DNA from: Trichoplax adhaerens
Taxonomy: Eukaryota; Animalia; Placozoa
Length of the DNA stretch: 64,000 nucleotides
Reading direction: 5' to 3'
Assembly: GCF_000150275.1 (NCBI RefSeq)
Contig: NW_002060944.1
Location: forward strand, 623,614 to 687,613
The translations under genes were made by a program, and so were the position numbers. Of the stretch, positions 27,541 through 40,780 are shown one piece after another (the stretch's first letter is position 1; every line of letters starts with the position of its first letter). Below the pieces are notes generated by a model. It did not search any database. It was not told the DNA's origin and saw only the letters and a list, made by a program, of their open reading frames with translations.

Positions 27541-28629
27541 TGCTAGTTCTCTTTAATTAATAATGTTACAATATTTAAAGCGCTATAAATTGAAGCTATG
27601 AAACTTGAGTAGGTCTTGGTGAAGAAATTTTCCATCAATCTTGTAACAGTAAATCGTGAAAATGAAATTACTACAACATGATACAATATTCTTCTTGATT
27701 ATTATAATTAATACAAATGATAGAGAAGAGTTTAAAAGCCCAATTAACCCTTATTCTAAATCTGAACAGTTACAAGTATTTACGAAACGGAAGCTTTTTA
27801 TTAACAGTAACAAAATGCTGATAATAGATACATGATAGGTTAGTGGAATAGTATCGGTAATGCTACTTTACTAGATGCTCCAATAATTTATGCATCATTA
27901 GGGTCAGAGAATTGAGCAAATAGAATTGTCCTTTCGCTGTCATTCAGAATTGCATCGAGTAACTACGGATTATTTGAGCTATGTTGAATAATTTTACACT
28001 ACTCCCATACATAAAAAATTATTCCAATACAAGAATATAAATAGATTTAATGAGTAGATTTTAAAAGACATTTACGGACGATAACATAAATCGCAATCTT
28101 GAACTGATGCTTGTCAATGGAATAAATTATGCCAATATCGAGTACGCAATAATAGTTATAAAATAATCATGTTGAAATAATAGCCAATCACACTTTATAT
28201 TATGTACGGATAATAATCTTACTAAGCAACTTTAAATATGGACAACTTAGTAATCATTTATTCATTCTATATTCGATGATATAAAATTTAATTGCGATGA
28301 TATTATATCATGAAAATGAGCTAGGACTCTAATGATAATCTGTAAAGTAAAGTATTCAATACACTAGCATCAATTTCAAAATTAAGTTACATGTCGATAA
28401 ATTTGAACGATGAATATTTGATGATACGATGTTTTCATCAAATTAAAAGAATAAATTTCTTTAATACTAAGATGATCTCATATCTTCATCACTTGATTTT
28501 ATCATAAATAATACTGTAGATATCTATGACATAAAATTATATTTTTATCGCTTAATGGATAGTGCCAAATGCTTATATCTTACGTGTTATAACCATTATA
28601 ATCAACCCAATTTTCACACCGTGTCGACA

Positions 28630-31600
28630 TTAAAAGGAACTTGGTTGTTGCTCGCTCTTATTGTGCATGCTATAAATTAATTTTCCCAATTCATCTACGC
28701 AGCTTATTAGGCGATTCAATCTAGATTTAAAAATTGACTGATTAGCTACTCTTGTGTTACGAAGATAGAATAAAAGATTAATTATTTAAATAGTCCTAAG
28801 AAAGTGATACATCAGCTATTTTTGTGGTAATAAGATGAACTTAATGACATAACATCAACATACGCAAAGATATTTAAACGTAAAAGAATTGTTTACTAGA
28901 ATAAAAATTAATTACTTTTCATCTTGGTGTTTTAATTGGTCTTTCACTTCTTCAATCTCATTCTGAGTGTTATTGTCTTCATCTTCTACTTCGACTACAT
29001 CTTGCGCTTGTTTAAAGTAAGTTTTCAGCTATATTAATAGAGTAAAATACTGGTCAATGATTTTTCCCAACAAACGAAACAACAATTTGCTTAACAAAAT
29101 ATTGAGTCTATTTAACCTCTTTAATCGTATCTTAAGACTGGAAATATACATGTAAGACAGTTTGCAAGTAGCTGTGACTAGGACTTCTAGTAACAATGCT
29201 ACTATGTACAAGTGATCAAATTTGCTAGTACAGGTCCTGCTAATTAACCGTTACATACGCTGATTATATGACTGTAACTACAAGGCTGTTAAAATAATGC
29301 TGTTTACTAAGAAGGTTTCAATAATAAATTTATTCAGTTTTCAGTTCATAGAGCTATTAGAGATATAATGTGGTTTATTTTAGTTAAACATACCCCAAAC
29401 AGCAATTGATCGTAACTTTATACATAGAACTACTTTATTATTCGGTAGTGTAGTACTACCGTAACTACGATACTTTTTACGCACAGCCCATCAAAGACAG
29501 TCAAACTCATTGGAACCGGAATATAATAATTATATGTCTACATACTTAACTTACAGCCATACTTGTGACGTTATCCAGACTAACTAACCTTCATTTGAAA
29601 GCCTAGCTCTTTCTTTTCCTCTTGACTGTAGTAAAGCCTTTCCCTTATTATGGAGGGTAATTCTCTTTCAATCTGATCAAGAAATTCCACTTGAACTTTA
29701 ATCCGACTTAGGACAGCATTACGCTCAATTTTATCGATATCGCCAACGGCTAAACCAACCTATACCACAAATAATTTTGCTATTAAATTCGTTTATAAAA
29801 GAATGTTTCGTTATTGTTTTAATAACATATGAAATAGTAAACTAATTATTGTGATAATAGATAATATACGCTCAATATAAATATCATATAAAAGTAATTA
29901 AGGTTACCGTTAAATTGATAGCAACGATAGGTAAGAAAGTGGTACAAGTAAGAAAAATTATGATAGCAAGAATATCAAATGGATAACGAGTTCTTTTTTC
30001 ATAGATTGGTGTGAAGAACATATCATTGTAATCCAATTCCCCAACCATCATGTCAAAAGTCTTAAGGATTGAATATAATCCGCTACTGAATGCTTTCTGT
30101 GTCATTAAAGTTTGTAAGAATGTCAAATTAGCATTTTATTTGTTATTATAAAAGAATCCATGATAGCAAAGGATAGGCGTTAATTAAATGAATCATAATT
30201 TGATGACTAATCCTTCAGTATCTAATTTTTTGGTGAAAAAGCAGAATAACCTCATGACCCAAAATAATATAAAAGCTCAATCCAAATGCAACGATAAGAA
30301 AAACCAGTAACGCTCCGACCTAGACAGAGAATATGAGTGATTGGAGGATTGATAAAATTGAAAATTGAATTGTTTAAGACTTGAAATTTTTCTAATTTTG
30401 TAGTTATGATTAATAGATGCATTTTTTGCGTAATGTAATCCGAATCTAATCAAGTTAATATATGATGATATCAAATAGTAACTTAAAATAATCGAAGCCG
30501 ATATTGTTAAATTTTAGTTTACCTTGAAAAATGTCAATGAAACAGATCGAAACATTGCAACATAAATACCAATTGTAGGTAAGCTAAAGAAGTTCAAAGG
30601 AAATATTAATACATGTTATAACTCAGCGATAATTTATCTCAGTCTTATCGAGCGGATAAATTTACTATCATCGCAATCAGTGAGCTTAGAAAGAAAATGC
30701 ATAAATTCAACCTGCAGCCAAAAATAAGATTATCTGACACATATTTATTGTTTATTCGAACTTAAAATTTATTTCACTTATTAATTGCTTATAACATCTC
30801 TATATTTATTGAATATGATCACAACAGTATTATGGCTTACTTCTGAAGATAATCTAATAGATTAAACCAAGCTAGCAATATGGTAATACTACCGACAGCC
30901 CATTGTCCAGGAAGTGGTTCCTGTCCAGGTGGCACAACAAATGCAATTGCTGAGACATAAAGAGCCATTTGGATGAAGTTGCTGATGGAAAAAAAGTATT
31001 GAAGCCTCTGCAAGATTTAAAAGTGTAAAATAAATAAAAAATTTTATCTTCACATACAGATCTTTCTATGTATAGTAAGTATAATAAAGTCATATCATAA
31101 AGAGACTATCTAATGGATCTGAATTAGTCTTGGCCCCAGACTCTCTAAAAAGTAAATTCCATTTATGAAAGAATTGCTTAAGCTACCTATCACTTTTTCT
31201 TTCTTTATTTAATATGAATTTAATTAATTCATTGCAGAAATTTAAGGTAACAGCTTTAAAATATAACATCTAGGCTAATTTAAGTATATATTAGCAGTAA
31301 ATTATGATGCATTAATATCCATTTAAACTACATTCAAGGCATTCTACCTTTCGTAGCATTTGAAAGATTTGCAAGAGTATATTAACGCAGGTAAAGATAA
31401 GGATCACGACTTCTGCTATAAAAGGACCTGGATTTTCTTGCTAAAATATATCCAATACGAAATCAGGCATTAAATGACAGATCATGGTGATTCTATCCAT
31501 AAATAGTTGTAATATGCTTATGTTCCTAATTAATTTAATACAATTTAATAGTTCTTCGAAGCTATTTGCAATCTGTATGTGATTAAATGATGGAAATTAA

Positions 31601-34600
31601 GATTTAATTTGTCTTTATGAAATAATATATATGAAAGAGATTGCTACATAAAATTCGTATCTACTAGAATACGCTTATTCTTTTAATTACTCTAAAGTAC
31701 AACAAAAATTTTAAGCTTAAATAAAAAATCGGAATTTTATGAACTGCATCAGAAATAATGTTAATGGTAAACGTTCATTACCTACTGTACTATTACTGTA
31801 GCATTCATTTTATAGAACACTGTTAAGTCTTACACAAGCTGAGTATTACTTTATCGTTAGCTTAGCAATTGCAATATTGAATAGATATTTTGTTCCCTAT
31901 TAGGTCAGAAATTCAGGGTTTTAGATTAAAGATTGATGTAAAATCAATCCAATTTCCACAATTTAAAATGAATTCGATTTGGTGATGGCAGCCTTAATTA
32001 CTAATGTAACTCTCCCAATTAGTCTATTCTATAAACTTAATCAATTTAAGAATCGAATAAATTGTTTTTGTATTTGCTTGCATGAATTAATTCATGCGAT
32101 CAAGCAATTAATTAGGTATGGAAATTAATCTCAGATTTCCGCTTTGAAAGGTAGATAAACTATGATCTCTGCAATGGAACATAGTTAATACACTGCGCAA
32201 ATATGGTAACAGCAAATTTAACATCTTTGCAAATTAAAAACTAATTTCAGTCTAAATGGCACCGTCATGATGCCTATTAATAAACAATAGCATGTAATGA
32301 TTTCTTTTACTCTTACAATCTTTGAGGTACTCGATGTAGTTGTTAAATTTAGACTTGACGAATTTGAGATTGTGGCAGTAGACTTTACAATATTACCAGG
32401 CGGACGTAATGCGACAGTAAAATACGTTAAAGCACCAAGAAAGAGCAAATAGAGAAATAGATTGCCAAAATAAAAAAGAGCACCAAATGATTGCCTGCAG
32501 GTAAGACGGTAATAAATTGCAATTAATAATTGCCCATTGGCTTTTAGAATACTACACTGTTGTATACTTAAAATTCATCATGCTTATTAAACTCATTTGA
32601 TAGGCATTTGGCGATCCGGTGCTCGTAATGTATTTACATTTGATTATTCTGTACTTGTATTATTGCTTATTAATCTTTTTATTCTAAAGTTTACATTAAA
32701 CTCTCATCTAGTTTAATATTCAGAAAGAAGAAAGATCAGAACGTATTTGTTCATGCTATGGTTTGCAGTATATTAAATATCGAATTTTAAGATTTGACTG
32801 TAAAATATATTAAGCCCGATCCCTTCTCCCTTACGCTCACTAAACTATTTTACAAGCATGTTATAAAGAAGTACAAAAAATTAAATTTATGTATAATGCT
32901 CCATAAAACTACAGAATCTACTTTATATAGCAATAACATAAATACTATCCAATTTTTATCGTTGTATTGAATAATAAACCTACCATTTGGCATCTATCAG
33001 AGCTAAAGGTAATTCGTGCAACAGCATCCCTGTTCTTTTATAGGCAAGCATAGTCTATTTAAATTAAAATTGAAATATGGAGTTATACCTTAATCATTCA
33101 TCCGACTTAATTTAGTCTCCATATTATAAAGGAAAATAAATTTAAATCTTACCAGTAAGGCATTACATTTGGTATTGGATTTTTGCTCAGCAATGAGACG
33201 AGCTTCCACCTTTGGTCCGGGATCCAACAAGGAATAATCATATACCGCCTAAAATTTATTATTATAGATTAATACTCGGCACTTTTCATCGTGTAGCATG
33301 TGTAAATGCAACCATGAAATTATAATGTCCTCAATAAAGTAAGCAGTCAATTAATTCTTGTTCTAAAGGATGAGAAGCCATAAATATAGTTACATAAAAT
33401 TTATGTTATTACTTCTTGATTGATGTCTAAAATTCGATCTAATAAATATATTTATAGGCTATTATTGCTATTGGCACCTAAAGATGATGATTTTCGGAAT
33501 GTACAATCAAGGATAAGATTTTATAAAGAAGAGCTCGATTAGATTTGCAATGGCTGTGGTTGTATAGAAATGGTAGTGACACTTTTAATTTGCTACTAAG
33601 TACAGAAGACATCACGCTATGATAATTTGACGTAGTTGTATTTTATAAGCATAAACAATATTCAACAGTATCCATTTATCGACTGTAATATAAGATGATT
33701 ATCGTCTTTAGCATTCAGACGAAATTAGCTGGGATCTCAAATTGTGTGGTAGTCTACTGAAATAGTGACGGTTCCTTTAATTAACATTATCACATGCAAC
33801 ATAAAATTGCGTAAGGAAAATCTTCAATTTTATACCATTTTGTCCATGTCATCATTCGTACTTCGTGCAATAGATATGTTTAGCACTTCCTACTCATAGA
33901 AAAGGATAGATCAATTATTTACTTATCTTAAAGTGACTTAGACTGACACTTATCTTAACAGAAATGCTTCATGATGCGCAATAGAAGAAACCCTACCGAA
34001 GCAACATTGGGCAATTTCTCAATTAGAGCCTGCATAACGGTAAAGCCATTGCCGTCGACTTTATTTAATATTTCCCCACTCCTGTCATGAATAAATGTAA
34101 TCATTTCATGCGTCTGAGTCTAATAGCTTTAAAATATGCAAATTTATTTCATTATAGTTTAACTGTAGCATAAGAAATTAAAAAGAGCTGTTGATGTTGC
34201 AAAGTTATAACCGCCATAGTAATGGCTGACGAAAAATTCAAATGAATAACTGAAAGATACGATAGAATTAGAAAATCTTAAATTTGTACTAATCAGACAA
34301 TACCGACCAAAGGCGGTATATAAAAACTCCATAAATCTTTTCATCTTAGCTAAAAACTTATTTACTTCCATACGAAACTGTTCTAGTTGTAAATCATCAC
34401 TGTGATAAAGCCCTGTGTAGGAATTAGAAACAGACTACGACTTACCGACGATGCCTTACGATTGCCATTGCTATTTTCTCATATTCATTTTCAATTGCTA
34501 TATCCAGACATGTTTTTTCACTAGAATTACGTAGTGTAATATCGCAGCCATTCTCAAGAAGCAGTTTTGTAACGTCAATTGAACCATTCCTTGCTGCTAC

Positions 34601-37600
34601 ATGAAGTGGTGTTTCCTGTAGCGTAAAGCAAAGATATCATCATTTATTTCAGTAAAACCAATTTCTTTTACTCCTGTGCAAGTACGCTAATTCGCAATTG
34701 CTGTCCTAGGCTTTTAATGACTATTCTTATCATGAATATCGTGCAGAGATTAGATAAAACTGAATATTACACAATTTCTTCTTACCAAACGTGCATTAAT
34801 CCGATTGATATGGGCTCCATTCTTAATCAAGAGTTTACCAATCATGGCATAATCTTTTGAAGCAATAAGCTCTAAAGGTGTCGTACAGCTGCCATCTCTA
34901 TTAAGATTATCATCGTAGAAAAGTACATCGCGAAATTAATTTAAAGTAGTTATATTCTAAAAATGATTCTAGAAATGAAATTATTTTTCGTCAGTAATGA
35001 CATTATAAAGTTCACTAACCTTTTTTCTACATCGGCACCATATTTTAAGAGCATGGCGGCCGTTCCGATAGAATCATGTATTACTGCTAAATGGAGTGGA
35101 GTTCTCGCTTTTTCTCCCAAAGAGTTAATTAAAGACCATGATTTTGAACACAAAAATTGAGCTACAACAAAACGCCCATTTCTATGGCCAATAAACATTA
35201 ATCTTAAATATATTATCAATCTAATAGCACAGTATACAGGCGTATGACAAGTATTTATCATCTAGCTGCTAGACATGTGCTTCATTTTTAATTAAGAAAT
35301 AGAAAGTATCTATTCGTTGAAAAGCTAATTTAAGATATCCAAGTTAAAAATTTCAAAGTTTATTTTGAAGAGCAGCAAGCTTCTAGATCATAGCGAATCA
35401 ATTTATAAAATTATCGCTAGATTTTACTCTACTTATGTATTTCTCACTAAGATATTTATCTTACTTGCATGCTACATGCAAGGGTGTATTATCATCATCA
35501 TCATGTACATCTATTTTGGCACCTTGCTGGACTAAGTATTCAACAATCTAAAATTAAATAAAAACAATTACATAAAATTTTGTGTTTGATATGTCTAGAA
35601 ATGTCGGTTAATACTAGATATAAACAGTATAAAATGATAATTTTATTTAGCAAAGTAATCTGCATATATTGATCAATTTTTATCCTGAAATCTGCTTTTG
35701 TAGCAAAATATCAAATTAGTGCTGAATTTTAAGTAGTAAAATTTTAAAAGGGCCATAATAAATTGAGTAAAGGAAGAAATAGAACGGACTAGAGTGTAAT
35801 CACAAAGCTTTACTAACTACTGTAATAAGGTTACAGTAAGCACATGCAACTTGATAACGTATGCTTTAAATACAAGTGAGTGAAAGTCTGTCCATTATAA
35901 AGGTGATAGAATACCATTCTGACAGGTCTATCAAATGGTAATACTATCTGTTAAATGAGCACATTATCGTAAACCGTCAGCAAAGCGACGGGAGTTTGCA
36001 CTAGTATAATCTTAAAGAAATATCGACAATTCTTGTGGAATAGACGAAAAGAATACTAATAACGTAAATAAATCATCTGGTACTATTCTTCATTTTATAT
36101 CGAGCGCTTTAATTATAGCCATGAAAATCATTGTCTACACGGTATTTATGAATTAAAAATGTCTTCGTATTATCAATAGAATGTGAATTAATTATAAACC
36201 TGAGAATCTTCGCCTTCAACAGCATAATGGAGAGGGGTTTTTTCATATGTATCAGGCGAATTGAGGAATTTTTTAGCGGGTGTCTAGTAAGAAGTCAAGC
36301 CTGATTCATAACTACGCAGACTTGATATGTTCGCGTATTACCGTAATTCCTCTACCAAAATTACAAATTTTTAAATTAATAATAGAACTATCCAAACTCA
36401 CTTGCATTATGTGCTTAATTAATTGAAAATGGCCATAAATAACCGCAACATGGAGGCAAGTAAGATTTTCTTCATCGACTTTATCAATATCAGCATTATG
36501 ACTAATTAAATAATCGTAAATATCGATATGTCCTTTAGCGGCAGCACAAAGTAATGGCGTTTTCTTGGTTTGATCGATTGCATTAACATCAACTCCCTAA
36601 AATATAAAAAACGGTCTTTTAGGAATTTTTTTTCTTGATTTAAACCGGATAAAGTAGCGATGGTTAAAGTTATTGGATGCTTGTGACTAACCAGATCCAG
36701 TAGTATCTGCATAATAGACAGATGGCCGTATGAACTTGCTAAAAAGAAAGGTGTTTGATAAAGATGGTTGTGGAGGTTAGGAGATGCTCCTTTCTCGATA
36801 AGTAATGATGTTGCATCCAAATGACCATTAGCAGAAGTAATGTGTAGTGCCGTTAATCCAGCTTTCTGTAGAGTAATGATAATATTAACAGAAAAGAGCC
36901 AACTTTACTTATTAATGATGAACTAATTTTCGCATCTCAAACCAGTTAGCTATGATTGGTAACAGAAATTTCACTACTGTTTCTCCAGCATTTTAAATCT
37001 ACATGTGATAAAAACATCTCTACTATACAAACTAAAATCTATCTTATTCCACAGTCGAAAATAAATCAATTGTAACGTGCTAAATTCATTTCACATTATT
37101 TTAACTCTAAAACAATTACATAAAGGGTTTATTTGCTATTTTTCACTTCATTACAAATCAAACTAAAATTCACGAAGTTTTCAAAGTAACGAACTTACTT
37201 GTACAGCATTAATATTCGTGCCGTGCAACAAACATTTAGCTATAGCCTGATATAAATTTAAATAAAACTTAGTAATTTTCATTAGTTCGATCCTGTTGTA
37301 GATAAAAGCTGAGGTAAATACATATGATAAATTAAAAATATAATAAACCGAATCTTTTAAGTATAAATTATATTCAATTCAAAATGTAGAGCTCATATAA
37401 TTTATCTTTGGAGATTGTGGTAAGATCAATTCAAGCCTCTTTAGCCATTATTTAAATGGTAAATATACTCGTGCATATATCAAATTGAATTTTATACTGA
37501 TTTAAGTCGTTACAAATAGGGACCTCAGCGTGGCCGCCTTGTGCTGCACGATGTAGTGGCAGCTGATTTTCGTCGTCCTTATAAGTCACAAGGTCTTTAG

Positions 37601-39739
37601 GATTTAAATTGTTAGTTGCAGCTTCATTGAGGAATAATTCAAGTATATTATTATATCCTTTGGAAGCTGCACAATGAACTGGGGTGGTGCCATCCACAGT
37701 AGCCGCTAACATATTAGCCTTGCATTTTAACTTTGCAATGTTTGGTTAATAAAAAATAATACATTAATGTGCCAGTTGAAATCAAACCAGAAAGTAGATA
37801 TAAAACTTACTAGATGTTGACAGATTTCATATCTTCCCCTTAACGTAGCCAGATGTAGAGGTGTATCAAGATCATCATCGACAACGTTGACGTCTAATAA
37901 CTTCTTTTCGGTAATGAACTATCAAATATTGCCCAATAGGTAAGTTAATTGGTATAGCTTTTAGTCGATATATCTACTATGTACAACATTTGTCGTTAGT
38001 ATTTACTCATATAGCTACTTTCGTATATTATATTGTATCATGTAGAGCCTGCACATGTCTATTCTAAGCGTAAAAGTAGTATCGTACTTTACGACTATTG
38101 CAGTCAGTATGTAAAATCCTTACATAACTGTAATATCCCAGTTCACAACTAGCATTTAGCCCATTTATACATCTAATACATAATAGATTATTTAAAGAAA
38201 GCTATTGGGTGAAAGAAATTGGTTTTACAGCGAGTACTATACTCTACGGATCTTTATATAATCTACATGAGGTAATGCTGCATGCAACTGGTATCCAACT
38301 ATCATTTGACAGGCGCATGGCGATTTTTTTAAGGTTCTTATATAATGTAGCTGTTACCAATGTTAATAGATCGAATGTTCACAAAATTAATTCTTTGCAG
38401 GTATCACAAATCCCTAATATCATTACTATTATGCAGACTTTACCTTGCAAATCTGTAAATGTCCCAACTTGCAAACTTCATGGAGTAGAGTATTACCTTG
38501 ATCGTCTGGTAATTTAGGTTCTGCACCAGCTTCATGCAATACCTCAAATGAAGCTAGACTGTTATGTTTTGCAGCCATAAACATAGGAGTATTATCACTG
38601 TAGCCACGTAGATTGATATCTATCGATATCGTTTAGTTTTCATGTTAAAAATAAATAATCAAGTCAGTATCTATAGCGGATGATTACAGTAAATGTAAAG
38701 TATGATTGAGCTGTTAGTATCACTAGGCAATGTCAATTAGATAGATTAATATTGATTACCGCTTAATACTATGACATCTAGCCTTTTAGTAATACTAATG
38801 CAAGCAGTCTTAACTGAAATCGTTTACATTTAATCAGGAATATTTGTTTATTTAACTTATGATATTCGATCCATACGCAAAAGCTTGTACACATACAGTA
38901 TCTAGGTTATAAAGATAAAAGAATTTACAGTACCTGCGCCATGGCTGATTAACATTTTAACCACGTCGACACGATTGCCGCGCGCAGCATAATGAAGTGG
39001 CGACATTTGATGTTCATCCAACTTATTTGAGGGGACATCTTTGCCCGAATAATCACTAAAGAAATTTTCTATAACCGTAGCATCACCAAATTTGGCCGCC
39101 TAAAAGTCAAGTATCATTGGATAATAATAAGCGATGTTTCTATATAATAATTATATTAGGATAGGTGATATTTAAGCATTCTGTAAACAAAATGAGAGCT
39201 TTAATGATTCATTCTTGATCGATTCAAACTAATCATCTTTATTTCTCAACTTACCCAGAATAAATCCTTACTAAATTTGGCATCTGGTTCATTGCTTATC
39301 TCAGTCAAAGCCTTTCAACAGAAATATTATATAAAATAAGTCGCAACGATACCAATCAAGATAAAATTATAGTCGAGATGGGTATTCTTAAAACTGGAAT
39401 CAAGAAATTTTTATTTCATTGTCATCGAGAAATTGACAATCGTAGAATAATATACCCTATCAATGTTTTGAGCTTAAACCATTTCTAGTCTCTTGATAAA
39501 TGGTTAAGATAAAATGCAAGGATGACTGATGGTTTCTGTTTTACAACAATTTGTCTACGTAATAATACCATCACGCAACTATAGTGTTATATCGTACTGT
39601 TCTGTCTATAACTAAATCAATCACGATTTCAAGACCATTTAAGATATTCATTTATAGATTAATTTACAATATTGTCAATTGGACTTTGGACTCTTTCGTC
39701 GATATTCTTTTTGACCAATAAAACTTTATTAGAAGTCAT
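28630..39739 (-). CDS. TRPA1: TRPA1-like channel, paralog C (complete, more divergent, 27 coding exons)
   Basis: Exon 1 MTSNKVLLVKKNIDERVQSPIDNI (39668-39739); same exon layout as A and B; pore FDMMVGELDY; INLTVGLAVGDIDKIERNAVLSRIKVQV; last exon LNRLISCVDELGKLIYSMHNKSEQQPSSF* with stop at 28630-28632. Confidence 0.93.
35918..36005 (+). mobile_element. Helitron-like 3' terminus in an expanded intron of paralog C
   Basis: Hairpin 35974-35991, CTAG 36001-36004, followed by T; 88 bp nearly identical (1 mismatch) to the reverse complement of 40693-40780. Confidence 0.8.
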
Positions 39740-40692
39740 GTTGATGATCTGGGAATCTATTTAGATTAAAACCTAGGCATTATCATTAAGATCTCATTAA
39801 TTAATTGTAAATCTAAAAAGTATTTTGTATTGCTTAATTCTATCCTACCAGGCGACGATCAATGGCAATGATACTTGATTCTTTCTTTCTATTTAATCTG
39901 CTAGGATAAAACAGGCAGTAATTACGGCATAAAAGTACTCGGAAATGAATCAATTTAATTACAATCAACTTGACATTTCACGGTTCTGCAATCAATTTAA
40001 AACTTTAAATTTATCTTATCAATAAATTACAGGCCAGGATGGAATAAAGTTTCAAGTGAGAAAGAGTAACATTACCCCAGAGCGATATTTGCCTAACTTA
40101 GATCTCTAGGTCTCTGAAGGTGTTTTAGATGGGCAGTTTTTTATTTCGATCTTAGTCATAATGTCAACAGGTTTATTCAAATCACTATTTTAAGTAGATT
40201 TTACTTGTGACTTCCTAGATTTCAATTCCAATTTAAATTACGGATTCAACTTATTTTATCATTCAATGGCAGGAATTATAAGACATTGTTTAAGTTAATA
40301 AAATGAAAGAACGAACCAATCGAATAATTTTAGTATTTTACGCTTAATGGATTTCCTCGGAATTATACAGTAATATTCACTAGTTTACCTACTTCCACAA
40401 TGTGTATGCCTCTTAACGTTCCTTCATTGAACAAGAGAATTGAAATAAATCGGATAAGGTTGAATTAACGCTGTTGCTAGTACATTACAGATGCTAAATG
40501 AGCAGTTTCTTTCAATCAGTATTATGACATCGGCTATCTATTTCTATTTGCCGTTATTAAGCCGATTCGACAAAACGTTTTTACTAAATTTGCTATTAAC
40601 TTAAAACAATTGTTCGTATTATCGCTCAGCAACTAGCTAATATAGGATATATTCAAGTTATTAAAATTGCAAAAATTAAACGCTTAAGCAAC

Positions 40693-40780
40693 ACTAGTGC
40701 AAACTCCCGTCGCTTTGCTGACGGTTTACGATAATGTGCTCATTTAACAGATAGTATTACCATTTGATAGACCTATCAGA
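40693..40780 (-). mobile_element. Helitron-like 3' terminus upstream of paralog C
   Basis: Reverse complement of 35918-36005; same hairpin + CTAG|T terminus. Confidence 0.8.

Noticed and set aside
32074-32107. 18-bp perfect palindrome GCATGAATTAATTCATGC in a paralog C intron (also hairpin 15779-15822)
   Set aside because: Isolated, AT-rich, not conserved in paralogs; no evidence of function.
34963-38517. Plus-strand ORFs 34963-35160 and 38209-38517 (and minus ORFs 51072-51275, 57180-57392)
   Set aside because: Antisense shadows of real exons or introns on the opposite strand.
14840-39739. TRPN/NOMPC or TRPV identity
   Set aside because: About 17 ankyrin repeats (not ~29 or ~6) and the TRPA-type MMxGExxY pore with GLAVGDI after S6.
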